From the human T2T-CHM13v2.0 reference genome, Homo sapiens: DNA of 64,000 nt. How positions within the stretch are numbered: position 1 is the first letter of the stretch; the number at the start of each line of letters is the position of its first letter. The DNA lies in the NCBI RefSeq assembly GCF_009914755.1, contig NC_060944.1; one strand, 5' to 3'. This document shows positions 62,505-64,000 of the stretch, piece by piece. Under the pieces are notes generated by a model. It searched no databases. It was given only the letters and a program-made list of their open reading frames with translations, and was not told the origin of the DNA. The translations under genes and the position numbers were made by a program.

Positions 62505-62615
<111 letters not shown>

Positions 62616-62899
62616 TCAAAAAAAAAAAAAAAAAAAAATTGAGATAAGGCCGGGCGTGGTGTTTGTAGCCTGTAATCCAAAACTTTGGGAGGCCAAGGTA
62701 GGCGGATCTCCTGAGGTCAGGAGTTCGAGACCAGCCTGGCCAAAATGGGGAAACCCTGTCTCCACTGAAAATACAAAAATTAGCCAGGTGTAGTGGTGGG
62801 CACTTGAAACTGGGTGGTAGAGGTTGCTGTGAGCCGAGATTGTGCCACTGCACTCCAGCCTGGGCAACAAAGCGAGACTCTTTGTCTCAAACAATAAAA

Positions 62900-64000
<1,101 letters not shown>

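Overview
Human genomic DNA, Alu-dense, recognised as most of the ZNF341 locus (chr20q11.22, from memory). Fourteen + strand GT-AG coding exons (exons 2-15, 3257-53875) splice into one open frame. With the 31 coding nt expected from exon 1 (upstream of the window) they total 2565 nt, the 854-aa C2H2 zinc-finger transcription factor known to drive STAT3 expression and mutated in recessive hyper-IgE syndrome. An alternative exon-6 donor explains the 847-aa isoform. The 3' UTR ends at an AATAAA supplied by a MIR element. Introns hold an RPL31 processed pseudogene, roughly 90 Alu copies or fragments by hand count (one AluYa5), LTR8, MER21-like, MST and MLT1 LTRs, L1/L2/MIR and DNA-transposon fossils, and a 630-bp pyrimidine tract. 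Minus-strand signals fit the antisense lncRNA ZNF341-AS1. I found no new protein-coding system; nearly all other listed ORFs are Alu or low-complexity artefacts. The most unusual observation is a GGTGAG donor-like motif 35-36 nt upstream of the acceptors of three consecutive exons (12, 13, 14), each closing a short stop-containing candidate decoy or poison exon. This is untested.
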